Positions 1 to 14,381 of a stretch of DNA of 64,000 bases are shown piece after piece. How positions within the stretch are numbered: position 1 is the first letter of the stretch; each line of letters starts with the position of its first letter. Location of the stretch: the NCBI RefSeq assembly GCF_009914755.1, contig NC_060930.1; one strand, written 5' to 3'. Below the pieces are notes generated by a model. It made no database searches and was not told the DNA's origin. It was given only the letters and a program-made list of their open reading frames with translations. The translations under genes were made by a program, and so were the position numbers. This stretch comes from the human T2T-CHM13v2.0 reference genome, Homo sapiens.

Positions 1-1440
1 TTTAGGGAAGCACAGATTACCGCCACTGAGACAGACTTACATAACTTTCTGACTCACGTGTTCACCTGGGAAGGTTTACATGTCTTAAGGCATCATTCTA
101 TCGACAGCTTGAACCTATGCAGGTCTTTGGTTTTAGAACAAAGCAAAGTAAATGAAAGGATCCCCAGAAAGTAAAACTAAAGAATTAAAGTTTCTCTGTG
201 GATGAGTTGTAATCGTCATTTATGAGCCTTTCCCAGAAAATTGAATGCGGTAAAAGAGCGAGAAAAATAACACCATATATTCACCTCCAGGGTCTTAAAT
301 TACCCAGAGAAAGACAGTTTCGTCCAAGCCAAGAGGAAAAAACTTAAGCCGAAGTTGAACTGAGAATTTAGGTAACAGGACAACAGCTGCCAAGTCAAAG
401 TCTGTGCGGAGCCGAGAGCTGCCAGTCCCAGCCAGTGGTCACCACACAGAGCGCCGTCTGTCTCTCCTCGCTGGCAGGGACACCTGCTCCAGAGGGAGGC
501 CTTGGAGTCTCCTGTGACCCTGGGCATGCTGGCCATGGGGACCTGCCCTCCTGCAGGGCTGATACTCTGCCCTGACTATCGTTTCTGTCTATCAGAGACA
601 CCAACGCAGAGGCAGAAGCTGCCAAGGGAGAGACGTGATGCTGCCCGTTCTCCAAGCTCCCTGGGTTCAACAGATCCCCGCGAGGGCCTGGGAACGTGTC
701 CACCAGGGCGGCAGCCGCTGCCTTTCCTCCATTTCCCTGGAACCTGCTGTAGGGATCTGGAAGCAGTTTCTGGGCCCCTGCTGAGCTGCACATGGCCGGA
801 TAAACACTGCTCTGAAACACTCTATTAGGGATAATTAATCATTTTAATCTGAGATGGTTTTTGGACGGGCTCATATACCTTCACCACAGGAGGAGTTTCT
901 AAATACCTAGCAAAGGCTCCATATATATTCTTTAAACCATTTAACAAGGCTTGTTTCTTCAGAAAGCATTTTCTGTCTAAATGCACTGATGGCTGTACTT
1001 CAAGAAATGATTTAAGTGTTTTTCTAAAACACAAGGCAGGTATTTTTCAATGCCACTGTTTTGAGGGAGAACACACTGAGCTTTTTGTGAAATATGTCTT
1101 GATACTTACAGAGATTTTAAAAGAAAATATTTGGGCTGTGGTTTAGGAATCAAACAGTCTTAAGTATGTAAATAATGACAGGCTGGAACTCTTTCTAAAA
1201 AAATATATACTGACTGTTAAACACACAGCCTGCTCTGGAGGCCAGGACGTGCCGTAAGGAGGCACTGGAAAGTTTGTTTCTCACCCTGATGGCTCCAGGG
1301 ATCTGTGCAGGTGGGGCCTGAGCACACTGCCGCTAGGGAACTGCTCCCAGGTTTTGGGAAACAGCTCTCATAAGAATGTCTTCCTCAGTAATCTCAGTGT
1401 CACCCACTAAGCTAATTCTGCTGTTTAATAGTCTCTGTAA

Positions 1441-1764
<324 letters not shown>

Positions 1765-2089
1765 TTAAGACCACTTAGTTCTGAGGGCGACAGCACATGT
1801 TGCCCTGACGCAGCACCCCAAATTGGCTTGTCTTACTGAATGCGTTACCTCGGCTGCTGAAGTGCAGCCTCTGCGGTGGCAGGCACCCCGTCTGGTTCAC
1901 GCGTGCATCTTGAGCGTCCACAGCAGTGACTGCACACAAGAGACGCTGCTTTGCACTGCTTTCTTCCTGGGCTTAGTGTTGAAAACGCCTTGGCGTGTGC
2001 TTCAGCCCCAGGCTATCATTCAAATCCTGGATTTGGGGGAAGGGCAGGCAATGGAATCTATCAGCCTGAAACATCTTCAGTTTCATTAG

Positions 2090-2382
<293 letters not shown>

Positions 2383-4556
2383 AATTTGATGCTTTGTAAC
2401 TTAACTAAGGTTTGAACGGCCACTGCAGGACGTTAGGGATGGAATCCAGGTGATCTCCCAGGTCGTGCCTGCTCCTCGGGCCTCCCTCACTCACGGTGCC
2501 ACCCTGCAGAGATGCTCACCTGACAGGGTCATCGCCAGGCTGCCACTGCCCCCTGGGATGGGCTCTGTCCCCTTCACCCTCGTGGTCCAGGAGTGCTGCC
2601 CTTCCCTCACACTTCCGCTGCAACCCTGACTCTCCAGCACCCCGCCTCTCCAGTGCACGCCTTCGGTGTTTTCAGGCACGCGAGTCACGGTCTGCCCGGG
2701 GCTGCTGTGAATGTCCTGGAGCTGGATCCCGGCCTCTGGCTCACAGATGGGACGTTTGCTTCCCTGCTTGGCTGTGAATGAGGAACAGGAGCTTGAGGTT
2801 CTGCCTGCATTTTCCAGGCCTCCTGCAGGTCCGGCCAAGCCCGGGGGCCCTGCGCTGAGCAGCTCTGGGTGGCTTAGAGACAAAGGTCAGCATTTAATTC
2901 CATTATTTATTTGGGGTTTTTCTCCTTTTCCCCATTCTCAGGAAACTTTCTCAAGTCCAAGTGTGGGAAAAAACCAATGATCTGACTTTTCTAAGTCCTG
3001 CTTTATGGAGTCAGTTTTTGAAATTCAAATGTGAAGACCTTGACCAATTTCCTCTGTGTGTTGCATTAATGATACCTGCTTTAAAAATGGACACTTCTTG
3101 CTCTAGCTGTGTAAGCGGAGGTGGGGCACTGCAAACAGAAATCACAAGAGAAAAATGAAAAAGGATAATTTCTTAGATTCGCTCCTGCCCTTGTGGATCT
3201 ATGTTCCTATCTGAGATGATGTGAGTAAAGGCTACAGAAATAGGAATGTTATCCAAGACCTTAGTGTAAGCAGGAACTTAGGTACTATGCAACGAGGTAC
3301 GAAGCCACGAAGGTGAAGAACGCGTGCCCCAAAGCCAGGCTTCCAGACGGTGCTGCCCTGTCTGCAGGGACACGGACGGCTGGATCCGCTCCTGCTCCTC
3401 GAAGGCCTTTGTGTCGTTTGGGGAGAACCAGGCCTGAGATGACAGAGCAGAATCAAGTTCACTCAACTACCAGGGTTGAAAGGTGGAAGGTGGAATTCTC
3501 TTGGGTAAGGGTCAAATGGAGGTAATTAGACAAACACAAATTGCTCTCTGTTTTGCCTTCGTGTGTCGATTGGAAGTGTTTTGGAATATGTAATTGACCA
3601 AATGACTCATTTTCCACTTCAGCTTTATTTGCAGATAAATTTTAAGATAGATTTTTAGTTTATATACCAATTCTCCCTGGAGAAGAGAAAAAAGTGAAAT
3701 GTATTTCATGAACAGTGCCAATTCCTGATGACTTTGACACATACATTGGATCAAAATAGAAAACTATTTCTGTTCTGTTTTCCTAAAGAAGGAAAACATT
3801 TATTCTTTATCTATTCCCAAGAGTAAACAAGTCGTGAAGTAGGGTGCAGGTTGAGATTGAAAGAATTTATTTCCCAAGAATGATAGAAGACAAGAGGAGC
3901 TAACAATCACTACTACATGCCTGTGTTTCAGCCCCATCCTTTTGTTATGCTGAGCAAATTCAGTCACCCAGTTCCATAGACAGGTGAGGAGTGCCTTAGG
4001 CTTGGCAACAGAGCGGGAGCTGGAAGGAACCAGCTGTGTCTTGAAGGGGGAAGGGAAGGAACATGGTGTTGGGATCGCCACCAATCTGGAAATCACCAGA
4101 CGATGAATCCCAGGTATCAGACTTCCCAGAACAAGACTCATGGCATCTGTTGCTTTATGATATGGATATAACCAGAAAAAGTAATTTTTTTCTAGCCCAT
4201 CTAATGGCAACATTTATGGTTCTTTTTCTGGAATCTGAGCTCTACATCTCCACCCTGATCTCCAGTAGGAACTCCTAAGTAAATTTCCATTTATATGGTT
4301 AACGAGGACTCTCGGGAAAGGTGGAGTTGAACATGTTGATAAAGACGTCACATGCTGATGGATCACAGCCAATCTCTGATAAGGTCCTTGTTATGTGCCA
4401 GACACTGCAGAGAGTCAGCAGCTCATCAGTCAAGCAAATCAACCCTCCCTGACCTCATGGTTCCCGGAGATGAAACAAGGATGGAGGAATCACACAGGGA
4501 GAAAGAATGTGTTGAGACACGTTGAGGAAAGTCAGCGAGAGAAAGGTGGGAGGTGA

Positions 4557-4953
<397 letters not shown>

Positions 4954-5899
4954 TGACTCCCACACTTTTCCTTATACTAACCTCATCACATAGAAGAGCC
5001 AAATCCATTTTCCTAAAATTATTTCTAATTCATTGCAAGCAGGTCTTCTTGCTGCCTGCCCTGTTTCTTGGACTGGTATCAACTTCCAACCAGGTCCCAA
5101 CAGAGCTCCCCGTACTCCATAGGTGCCTCATCCAAAGACTGCTCAATCTGCTTACTTTTCTGACCCAGATATCACAGCTCTTAGATGGCCGGTTATGACC
5201 ACAGGGAACAGGCATAGCAGGTGGAAGTGCATGCTCTTTCTGGCATGAAAATCCAAATTCCTACAGAAGCAGTCCCTCTGGACAAGATTGTCAACTTTAC
5301 CTAAGACAAACTTAATCATTTATTGAACCCTTATGTGAAAGACACTTTGCTAACTGCCGAACAAGTCTATACACATCAATCCAATCCCTGCTTCCTGAAA
5401 AGAGTGTTGGCACAGATGAATATAAAAATGCATGATGTAGTGTCACAGAGGCGTACTCATAGAGCACACCAGAAGATTAGAAATTCTGGCTGAAAAAGAC
5501 TGAGTTGAAAAATTACATTTAAATTGGATGTTATATACATTTAGCAAATTATTTTAGCTATATCATTTGTTAGATATAGTTTGCAAAGCATGTGACTGAA
5601 AATGGATATGATGAAGTCATACACTTATTCACACAATAGTAATATGTGAGGAAAATAGGGTTTCTTAATTTCTTATTTTCTCTGATTCTTCTTTACAATC
5701 AACTCTGCCAAATATTTCAACAAATCCTTCAACAATTTCTCCCCTGAAACTCAGATAAATCAGACAATACATTAATTTTACCTTTCTCATTGGGCCTCTT
5801 TGCCGAGGTCCCCTGTCCACCAGCTCTGGTCTGGACTGAGTTTCCTGGGCCGGCCACAGCACTTCTGCCCCTCTCTAGAAGCTCATTATGGAAGAGCAG

Positions 5900-6780
5900 A
5901 GACTGTCTTGTTTTGAGTTTTTGCACATCAGAAATGTCCTTTTTTCTTTCCTCATATTTGAGTGACTGAATAGCTGGATATAAAATTTTGTTTTTTTTTC
6001 TTGTAAAGTCACAAGGTATTTTTCTCTAGTCTTCTCACTTCCTGTATTGCTGCTGAGACAACTGATTCATATTGTTTCTTTATATTTTCTGCAGCTGTGT
6101 CCCAGTCCCCAATGTGACTGCCAGGGTCCCCATCAGATCTCCTCGTCTCTGTTGACAGCTCACAGTCCTGTGCCTTACTGAGGTTCCCCTTTCCTCTGCA
6201 GTGTTGGGCACTGGGTTGGCATTTTCAAACTGGAGATGCCTTACAGAACATTTTAATAACTTTTTCTGGCGTTATGTATCTAATTATTTTCTCCCCCTCT
6301 ATTTTTTCTATTCTCTTTTCTAAAATTACTTTAGTCGAATTTTAGATTTCACAGATTGATCCTTATATTTTTCATTTTTTAAATTACTTTTCCATTTGCT
6401 TTTATTTTTTGTTTAATATTGTTTTGAGATAGTTTTAAACTTTCTCATTTAATCTTTGTGTATGTGTGTGTGTCTGTGTGTAGAGAAACAGATATACACA
6501 TATACATATATGCATATATAAATCCAGTTATTATATTTTTATTTTGCAAGAGCTCACTATTAATCTCTAATAATCCTTTTATATAACTTCTTCCTGTTCT
6601 TGTTTTACAAATGTAATATTTTCCCTTATTTCCTTGGAAATATTAATTATAATATGATTACATTGAAGTTTCTGCTGTGCAATGTCTCCGGTTTGCTTAT
6701 ATTTTTATTTGTTTAATGATCTGTGTTTATTTTTATGTTAGAGGTCAAATAACTGGTGGTCCTCAGCTGTTTGCTTTTAA
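5900..6780 (-). mobile_element. Highly diverged L1M fragment
   Basis: T-rich sequence with L1M antisense-like motifs (GCTGGATATAAAATT...TATTGCTGCTGAGA); boundaries approximate. Confidence 0.5.
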
Positions 6781-7129
6781 GAGCTAACCACTAAACATTT
6801 GGTTGGCTGGAGTTGTCACTGGGTGGCCCTCAGTGTAAGGTGACCAAGTGGTGAGCCACACTTCAATGAGAGCATGCTCCATGGCAGTGTTCGGAGGTGT
6901 TTCTTCAGGAACATTCCGGTTTTCCAGAGACTCTTCCAGTTCCCTCCCCTGGCCATTATCTCCCTGGATGCAAGTGTTTGGGAAGCAGGACAAGCAACCG
7001 GGCACGGAGTCCCCACGTGTGAGCGCGACTGTCCTGTTTGCAGCCACCTGCTTCTGCACGTGCCATCCACTGTCAGTCAGTGGCCCCTGACCCAAAGCCT
7101 CTCGAAGACAATTTTTCTAGGAAAGAAGC

Positions 7130-7580
7130 CATGGTCAGCAGGACCATGGCCCTCCAAAGCTGTCTGTATTCTCATCTCCAGATACTGTGACTATATGACC
7201 TTGGAGAGCAAAACGGACATGGCTGATATGAATAAATGAGGGATTGTGAGAAAGGGACATTATTCCAGATTCTTCCGGTGGCCCCAGTGTAACCACTAGA
7301 ATCTTTATAAAGAGGAAGGCAGGCGTGTCAGTGACGTAGCCAGGGAATCAGAGGCCAGCGTGGTACGATTGCTGTGCTGAGGATGGAGGAAGGGGCCAGG
7401 AGCTGAGGAACGCGGCAGTCTCCGCTGGCTGGAAAGGTGGGAAAGAGACCCTGTCCTGGAGCTCCAGGAGGAAGCAGCCCTGCCCACACCTTGATGGTGG
7501 TCCCCCAGACTCACCTGGACTTCTGACTTCCAGACATGGCGCATGTGGAGATTTGTGAGGCAGCGCTGGGAGATGGATGC
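7130..7580 (+). mobile_element. MaLR solo LTR (MLT1C/D-like)
   Basis: MLT1 motifs ATGGCCCTCCAAAG...TGTGACTATATGACCTT...GCCCACACCTTGAT...GACTTCTGACTTCCAGA. Confidence 0.75.
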
Positions 7581-8494
7581 ACACTCCTTCTGCCTGGTGT
7601 GACAAGTGCATGCGGGGCTGTTTCAGCTGTGAAGGTGAGCCACGGGGGCAGCTGATGCTCCCTGCAATTACGCTGCAATCTTTCTCCACCCTGCTCCTTA
7701 CACACCCTCTCTTTTCTGTGGCAAAAGCTCCAAGCCTCCCAGAGACGCTGTGGTTAAGTTAGTGAGCTTCTCATTGCTGTTCCTCCTCTGAGCGCATAGC
7801 TTACCCCTCTCAGGTAACTCTCTCACTTTCCCATCTGTCACCAACTGACTCCTGATAGTTTGTTGAAGTTGGTCTCTAGGATCTCCTCCCACTTTTTGCC
7901 AGATTTCCAGCCTTGAGCCTCCCACATGGCCCCTTGCACGTGGGGCAAAGGAGGAGCTTGCAAACGCCAGATGGAGGCATTTAATTGCCACACAGTGCTC
8001 CTGAGAAAGAGCCACTGCCCTTGCTTGCAGCCTGTGGCCACATTTGAGGTGGGACTGTCATCAGCCGAGTCCTGGAGTGCAGGGACATAGGACAGAGGCC
8101 GCAGCAGCCCCGATGACACGGCATCCAGGAGGAATCGCGTTCACTGCCTCGAGCCACTATGATTTCCAGGGCTTTTTGCAACCATAGCCTGTCCCATATT
8201 TTCCTGACTGATGCAGAAATTGATACTAAAAATGGGTCCTGCCACGGCAAGAACCCAGGGTGCTCAAACCAGAAGTAAGGAGCCTGGCGAGGGTGTGTGT
8301 GGAAACTGAGGGGTGCATCTTCCAAGGAGGGGCCTCAGCCTTCCTGAGTCCAGGGGCAGAGGAGAGCCTCAGGGCCCTCTTCAACTCTGTGTCTTCTCTT
8401 CGTTCTTATAGATTAGTGACTTTTTGTTTATCTGTCACTGTGATTTTAGTGTATACTGCAAGAATGGGTAGATATGGGTATTCAGTTTAGCATG

Positions 8495-9051
8495 TGATAT
8501 GGTTTGGATCTGTGTCCCCACCCAATCTCATGTTGAACTGTAATGCCCAGTGCTGGAGGTGGGGGCCGGTGGGAGGTGACTGGACCCTGGGGAGAAGTTC
8601 TCATGAAAGGGTAGCACCATCTCATGTCAATCTGTAATACCCAGTGCTGGAGGTGGGGGCGATGGGAAGTGACCACTAGAATCTTTATAAAGAGGAAGGC
8701 AGAAGGGGAGAAGTTCTCACGAAGGGGCGGCAACATCTGCCTTGGTGCTGTTCTCGTGATGGTGAGTGAGTGAGTTATCATTCTGATCTGGTTGTTTAAA
8801 AGTGTGTGGCACCTCCCCCACCCCTCCTCTACCTTTTTCTTGCTCCTTCTTTTGCCACGTAAGACACACCTGCTCCGCCTTCACCTTCCACCATGATTGA
8901 GAGTTTCCTGAGGCCTCACAGAAGCTGAGCATAGGCCAGCGCCATGCTTCCTGTACAGCCTGCGGAACTGTGAGCCAATTAAACCTGATTTCTTTATAAA
9001 TCACCCAGCCTCAGGTGTTTCTTCACAGCAGTGTGAGAACGGACGAGAACG
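8495..9051 (+). mobile_element. MaLR solo LTR (MSTA/MSTB) with internal duplication
   Basis: TGATATGGTTTGGATCTGTGTCCCCACCC start; CCTGCGGAACTGTGAGCCAATTAAACC...GAGAACGGAC end. Confidence 0.88.
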
Positions 9052-9413
9052 CCATGTTTAAGCGGAAATTATCAAGGAATTACTGCTTCCGGGAGAGAAG
9101 CAGTAGGACTGGGCACTGGCAGCCACTTTGGGGGACTGGTGACGAGGCAGCGTGGGGCTGCAGGGAGGACACATTCCCCAGCTGGAGCCTCATGATGGTC
9201 AGGGTGAGTTCGCAGGGCCACTGTCACCAAGGCAAGGTGAGCCCACAACATGCCTGGCAGCCCGGGCACTCTCCTGCATCTGGCACCGTCCGCCAACACA
9301 GCAGCGGGACGTCTGGGAAGGAACAGAGGCTGGAGCGAGAGAGCATGGCAGACCTATCAGTAAACCCTCTCAGGGCCACTCTTTGGTCCTTCTAGAAGGA
9401 TCCAGAGAAGGAA

Positions 9414-9434
9414 TGTGTGTGTGTGTGTGTGTGT
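9414..9434. repeat. (TG)n microsatellite
   Basis: About 10 TG units visible. Confidence 0.9.
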
Positions 9435-9590
9435 TGCAGAAAAATGAAGGGCCTCCAGGCACAGGTGAGGATTAAATCTACACCTTTATAGCATTAAAAT
9501 CTGTGCAATGTATCAGTAAGCACACATTCAAAAAATTATGACATTGGGTTTACACAAAATTCACTATTACTGTATTATGAATACTGATCT

Positions 9591-9596
9591 TTTATT
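9591..9596 (-). terminator. Candidate polyadenylation signal AATAAA
   Basis: Minus strand reads AATAAA-AGATCAGTATTCATAATACA then GTGAATTTTGTGT, at the end of an AT-rich UTR-like block. Confidence 0.35.
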
Positions 9597-10844
9597 ATAT
9601 TTTCTATTCACTAAGATATTTGTTCAAAGTATACTGTACAAACATTCTGAAAAGTGATATTTGGTGTATTTTAGGGAGAATTCTAAACCATGTTCTCATT
9701 ATTCTGATGGATATTTCTTGTGGCCAGTTCACTGGAGACAGTGTTCTTTGTACACATTTACAAAGCTTTTAAGAAGTACAATTGTGCAAAGATACGCCAA
9801 AACTTTTACTTTTCTGACAATAAAATAAAGATTTTGTATTGCAATTATTGGTCAAAATAGTAAAATGTGGTTGTTCACCATTGAGTCAAGGACAGGAGTT
9901 GGACTAAGAGGCACGATGGCACCAAATAAAGAGATTTGCCACGTGGAATTTGTGAAAGAAAATTATGTTTAATATACCAACTAAATAGCAATATAACATT
10001 AACTTTATGAGAGTACACTTATGTGCCATATTCCATATTAACACCCCAGGTAGGTACTTAGCATAGTATGCTGTTGTATGAACATGACACTGATTCGAAG
10101 GCAATTCATGTGTCTGTGTTAGCTCCGCGTCCAGTGCTGATAGGAGCCAGACAGCAGCCTGCTTGTCTCTGCGTGGCCCAGCCTTTGCAGTGTGAGCTGC
10201 AGCCAGGGTTCTCACACAACAGAGTGCTTTGTGGACACAGCTTGGGATTTTTTGTTGTTTTTTTTTTTGCTTCCTATGCTGTCCAGCTTCTGGTAGCCTG
10301 GCTGAAACCATAAATATTCCATTTGAGAAGCCTCTTTCAAAACCTGCAAATGTTAAATGTTTAATTCCAAAACCTTCCACAAGGCTCTGAAAGGTGTTTC
10401 TGGGCACCGTGCCGCATCCTGTGAAGGACCCTCCCCTCCAGAGGTCCCTGTTCTGACCTGTTGCTGGTGGCACTGCAAGGCAGGCCTTTCCTGCTGCTTC
10501 CATTTCAAGGGTATGATGACAGTTTTCCAAGTTCTGAGTGTCCGAGGCCACCCGGGAGGCTGCCCGACACCGTGGCCTAGCCTTGACCAGGCTCTTACGG
10601 TCAGCCCTGCTGATATCACGTCAATTCAGCTAGGATCAATAAGCGTTCAGGTATCTTGTACCACGACTGGCCTCTGCAGCGGATGTCAGGAATTCCTGGA
10701 CGAAGGGACCTGTCCTCACTTGTGGGAACCTTGTGTTTCAGTGAAGGGTTCTGCAGCCGTGAAGTTAGAAGTGGGCTTCACATGAGCTGGAACAGTTCAT
10801 TATTTTCTAGGCAGAAAAAAATGCCTTGGAGGAAAAGAAAAACA

Positions 10845-10950
10845 TGTATTTATTAGGCAACTACTGTGTACCGGGAACTTCATATCTACTTTAATTTAAT
10901 CCTCTAAACATCATATAAGGGTTTCCTTATCTTCACTTTTGGTCAAATAA
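10845..10950 (-). mobile_element. MIR fragment
   Basis: TTTATTAGGCAACTACTGTGTACC...TTTAATCCTC...CTTATCTTCACTTTT resembles the MIR core. Confidence 0.55.
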
Positions 10951-11491
10951 CCAGTCCAAGGAGAGGAGGCTCAGTCCTAGCCCTGCTCCTCCCAAGGCTT
11001 TGCTCCTCCCACTGAACCTGCAGAATCCATTTCATAACCCTTTTGTCCATGTATGACCACCAGAGCAGATATTTCTAGAAAGAAGATTAGGAAAGTTGCT
11101 GAATTAATGCACAGAACAATGTCCCAGATGTTGTTAACTGAAGTATAAATTTTCCTTAGTTCTTTTTGTTTGTTTTTCAGTTATTTGTCACTGTGTGCAA
11201 AAGGCAGGTGAGTATAGCTGCCTTTGTTTTTCCCTCATGGGGGTACTTCCTCTCTGCTTCCCGTAAACGTGGGCACCATCGCAGTGTAGCTTGTGGGGGT
11301 AAGGACATGACTTTCTCAGTGCGTAGCGGGACTGTAGTGCTGGCTCTTAACAGACGCCTCCAGCACATGGACAGTCTTGGTAGAAAAATAAGCTGCCTAG
11401 TGGGTTCACTCTCTGACCCACAGCCTCACTTCCCCTTCCAAAATTAAATGGCCTCTTTAAAACTAGAAAATCGTTGCAACCTTTAGACTAA

Positions 11492-11775
<284 letters not shown>

Positions 11776-11777
11776 GC

Positions 11778-11956
11778 CAGTGATTCTTAACCTTGGGGGT
11801 GCATCAGACCCAGTGACGTGCGTGTTAGAAATACATATGCCTGTCTCTTATCCCTCAGGGATTCTGGTTCTATTTTGGAGGTAGGAACTGGGCAGCTATG
11901 TTTTTATAAAATGCCCCATCATCATTTTAATGGTCTCCAAGTTAGAGGAATATTGG
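11778..11956. mobile_element. MER5-family hAT-Charlie element
   Basis: CAGTGATTCTTAACCTTGG TIR-like start, GCATCAGA, GATTCTG motifs, about 180 bp. Confidence 0.65.
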
Positions 11957-12989
11957 TCCACATGGACAGCCAGGTTCTGGGTTCTCTCTGCTCCTCAGCA
12001 CCACTGCCGAGGTGAACTTAGAGTCCACAGTTGACACCTCAATGACTCTAGGCCCTGACTCCACTGGGCTATGTCAGAGGTGTAGATGTACACTGAATAG
12101 CTGTGTGCACATTTAGCAAGGAGGTTGCCCATGCCTCTTGATCTCTTTCTTGATTTCAAAAGCCTTGCATCAGTTTTCCTCTGAAATTGTTGTTGCTGTG
12201 TCCACGTGGGGGACAGCCCTGAGGCATGGGGCATGCTGTGGGCATCCTCCCTTGCCCCGTGAAGCCACACCCATTCATCTTGGCATCCAGTGTTGTGAAA
12301 CACACACACGTGCATTATGTAATTGATACAGTGAGTGTGAGTTCACCCTATTTTTTTCGTGGAATACAGTAAATCACGGTGTGCTATGCTTCATTCAAAA
12401 CACCCAGGTCCAACCTCCCACACCTTCAGGCTTTATGAGCCCGCCACTCAATTCTGTCCCCAGCCCTCTGTGCCTTTGTTCTTAGGAGGGCTCAGTGGTT
12501 GGTTGTTTTAGAAGAACAGAGTGGATCACCAGAGGAGACAGGTGAGCTTCTTTCATGCCCTAGTGCCCAGCTCGGTTTGGTAAGCGGTTCTTGTGACACA
12601 CGTATTTTTCTACCCAACACCTCTACACAATATTCAAAATGGTGATTGTGCTGGAGAAGGGAGTGGCTCCTGAATGACTCATGGCCGCTTGCTGTCATCG
12701 CTGCCTTTCCCACGTGTAGCCTCTGAGGAGTCCTGCAGAGTCCTAGGAACCTGTTTGTTCCCACGGTATTATCCTCAGCATCACAACACATCGTGCAGAC
12801 AGACGACGTCACCACAGCTGGCTTTGAAACCCCCTCCCGAGGCCCTGCTGCCACTGCCCCAGCTCCTCTGGACTTTTTCTTCTGGATTTCTCCCTGGAGC
12901 TGCTGCATCCACCACGCCCAGGCCCTGGCAGGTGTCCTAATATCACAGATGATTCTGTCACGTGCTTCTTGGAGCAGGATCTGTGCTTC

Positions 12990-13460
12990 TCATGTAAGGC
13001 TGTGCTTCGAATCCCCCGAAACTTAATGGCTTACAATCCTAAGAGTATTCTGTCATCTCACACATTTTCTCCAGGTAAGGAATTTGGATGTGGTTTGGCT
13101 GGGGATTCAGGCTCAGGTTCTCTCTGGAGACTGCAGTGAGATACAGGCTGGGGCTGCCATCATCCGAAGGTGGGACTGTGGTTGTGGAGGCACGGCCAGG
13201 CCGGTTCATGCAACCTCACACACAAGTCCATCTGCTCACTCCCACCGCTTCATGGGCTACTGAAGTGTCCTTCTGACATGTAGCCAGTTCCCTGAAGAAA
13301 GAGTGATTCAAAACATGGAGGTGGAAACTGCAATGACATTGGTGACCTCACCGTAAAACACACATACCTCTACTTTGTCCTCCCCACATAGGTGGGAGCA
13401 ACAAAAGCGAATGAATCCAGGGATGCAGGGTCATGGGGCCATCAAGGATGCTAAATCCAC
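12990..13460 (-). mobile_element. Old MaLR LTR (MLT1-type)
   Basis: AAACTTAATGGCTTA...TCATCTCAC...AGGAATTTGG...GCTGGGGCTGC motifs typical of antisense MLT1. Confidence 0.55.
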
Positions 13461-13871
13461 CATGCCTTCACTCATGCAAGTGGAAACCCAAGATCTACCA
13501 AGACCTTGGGCTCCTCTCTGTCCTCCTGGTTCCCTTTTCTTCAGTTACATGCCCCCACCCCCTTCATGAAAAGCAGACCCTCCTATTCAGAGCCTTCGAC
13601 TTGTTCTTCTCTGTCATCTCTTTCACCCTCAGGTAACTGGGATGACTACTCCTCCACTCAGGCGAGGTCCTCATTCAAATGCCACCTTCTGGGGCAGGCC
13701 TTCCTGGATCCAGGCTTGAAGTCACAGCGTCACCCCCATCTCCATTGCTCCTCTTTTCATCATCAGGAAGGATACATTGAAGCATTTCCTGCTTTAACTT
13801 CCTCTTTAGCACCCATCACCCGGGGCTTTCCACACCCACCATGGCCAGTTCCCTTCAAGCCCTCAGAGTGA

Positions 13872-14381
13872 TGTCACCAAATTCCATGCTGGGAGGAAAC
13901 GCCTGCAGCTGGCTCTTCTGGGCATCACTGAATTCCACGCTGAGGGGAAACGCCTGCAGCTGGCTCTTCCGGGCATCACTGAATTCCACGCTGGGGGGAA
14001 ACGCCTGCAGCTGGCTCTTCCGGGCATCACTGAATTCCACGCTGGGGGGAAACGCCTGCAGCTGGCTCTTCCGGGCATCACTGAATTCCACGCTGGGGGG
14101 AAATGCCTGCAGCTGGCTCTTCTGGGCATCACTGAATTCCATGCTGGGGGGAAACGCCTGCAGCTGGCTCTTCCGGGCATCACTGAATTCCATGCTGGGG
14201 GGAAACACCTGCAGCTGGCTCTTCTGGGCATCGCTGAATTCCATGCTAGGGGGAAACGCCTACAGCTGACTCTTCTGGGCGTCACTGAATTCCATGCTGG
14301 GGGAAAATGCCTGCAGGTAGCTCTTCTGGGCATCACTGAATTCCATGCTGGGAGGAAATGCCTGCAGCTGGCTCTTCTGGG
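13872..14381. repeat. Minisatellite, 51-bp unit x about 10
   Basis: Unit GGCATCACTGAATTCCAYGCTGGGGGGAAACGCCTGCAGCTGGCTCTTCYG; period measured 13921 to 13972; 17-aa repeats in the ORF track. Confidence 0.97.

Noticed and set aside
9904-10551. 215-aa minus-strand ORF
   Set aside because: No recognisable protein; crosses a likely splice acceptor at 10343 and runs into AT-rich UTR-like sequence
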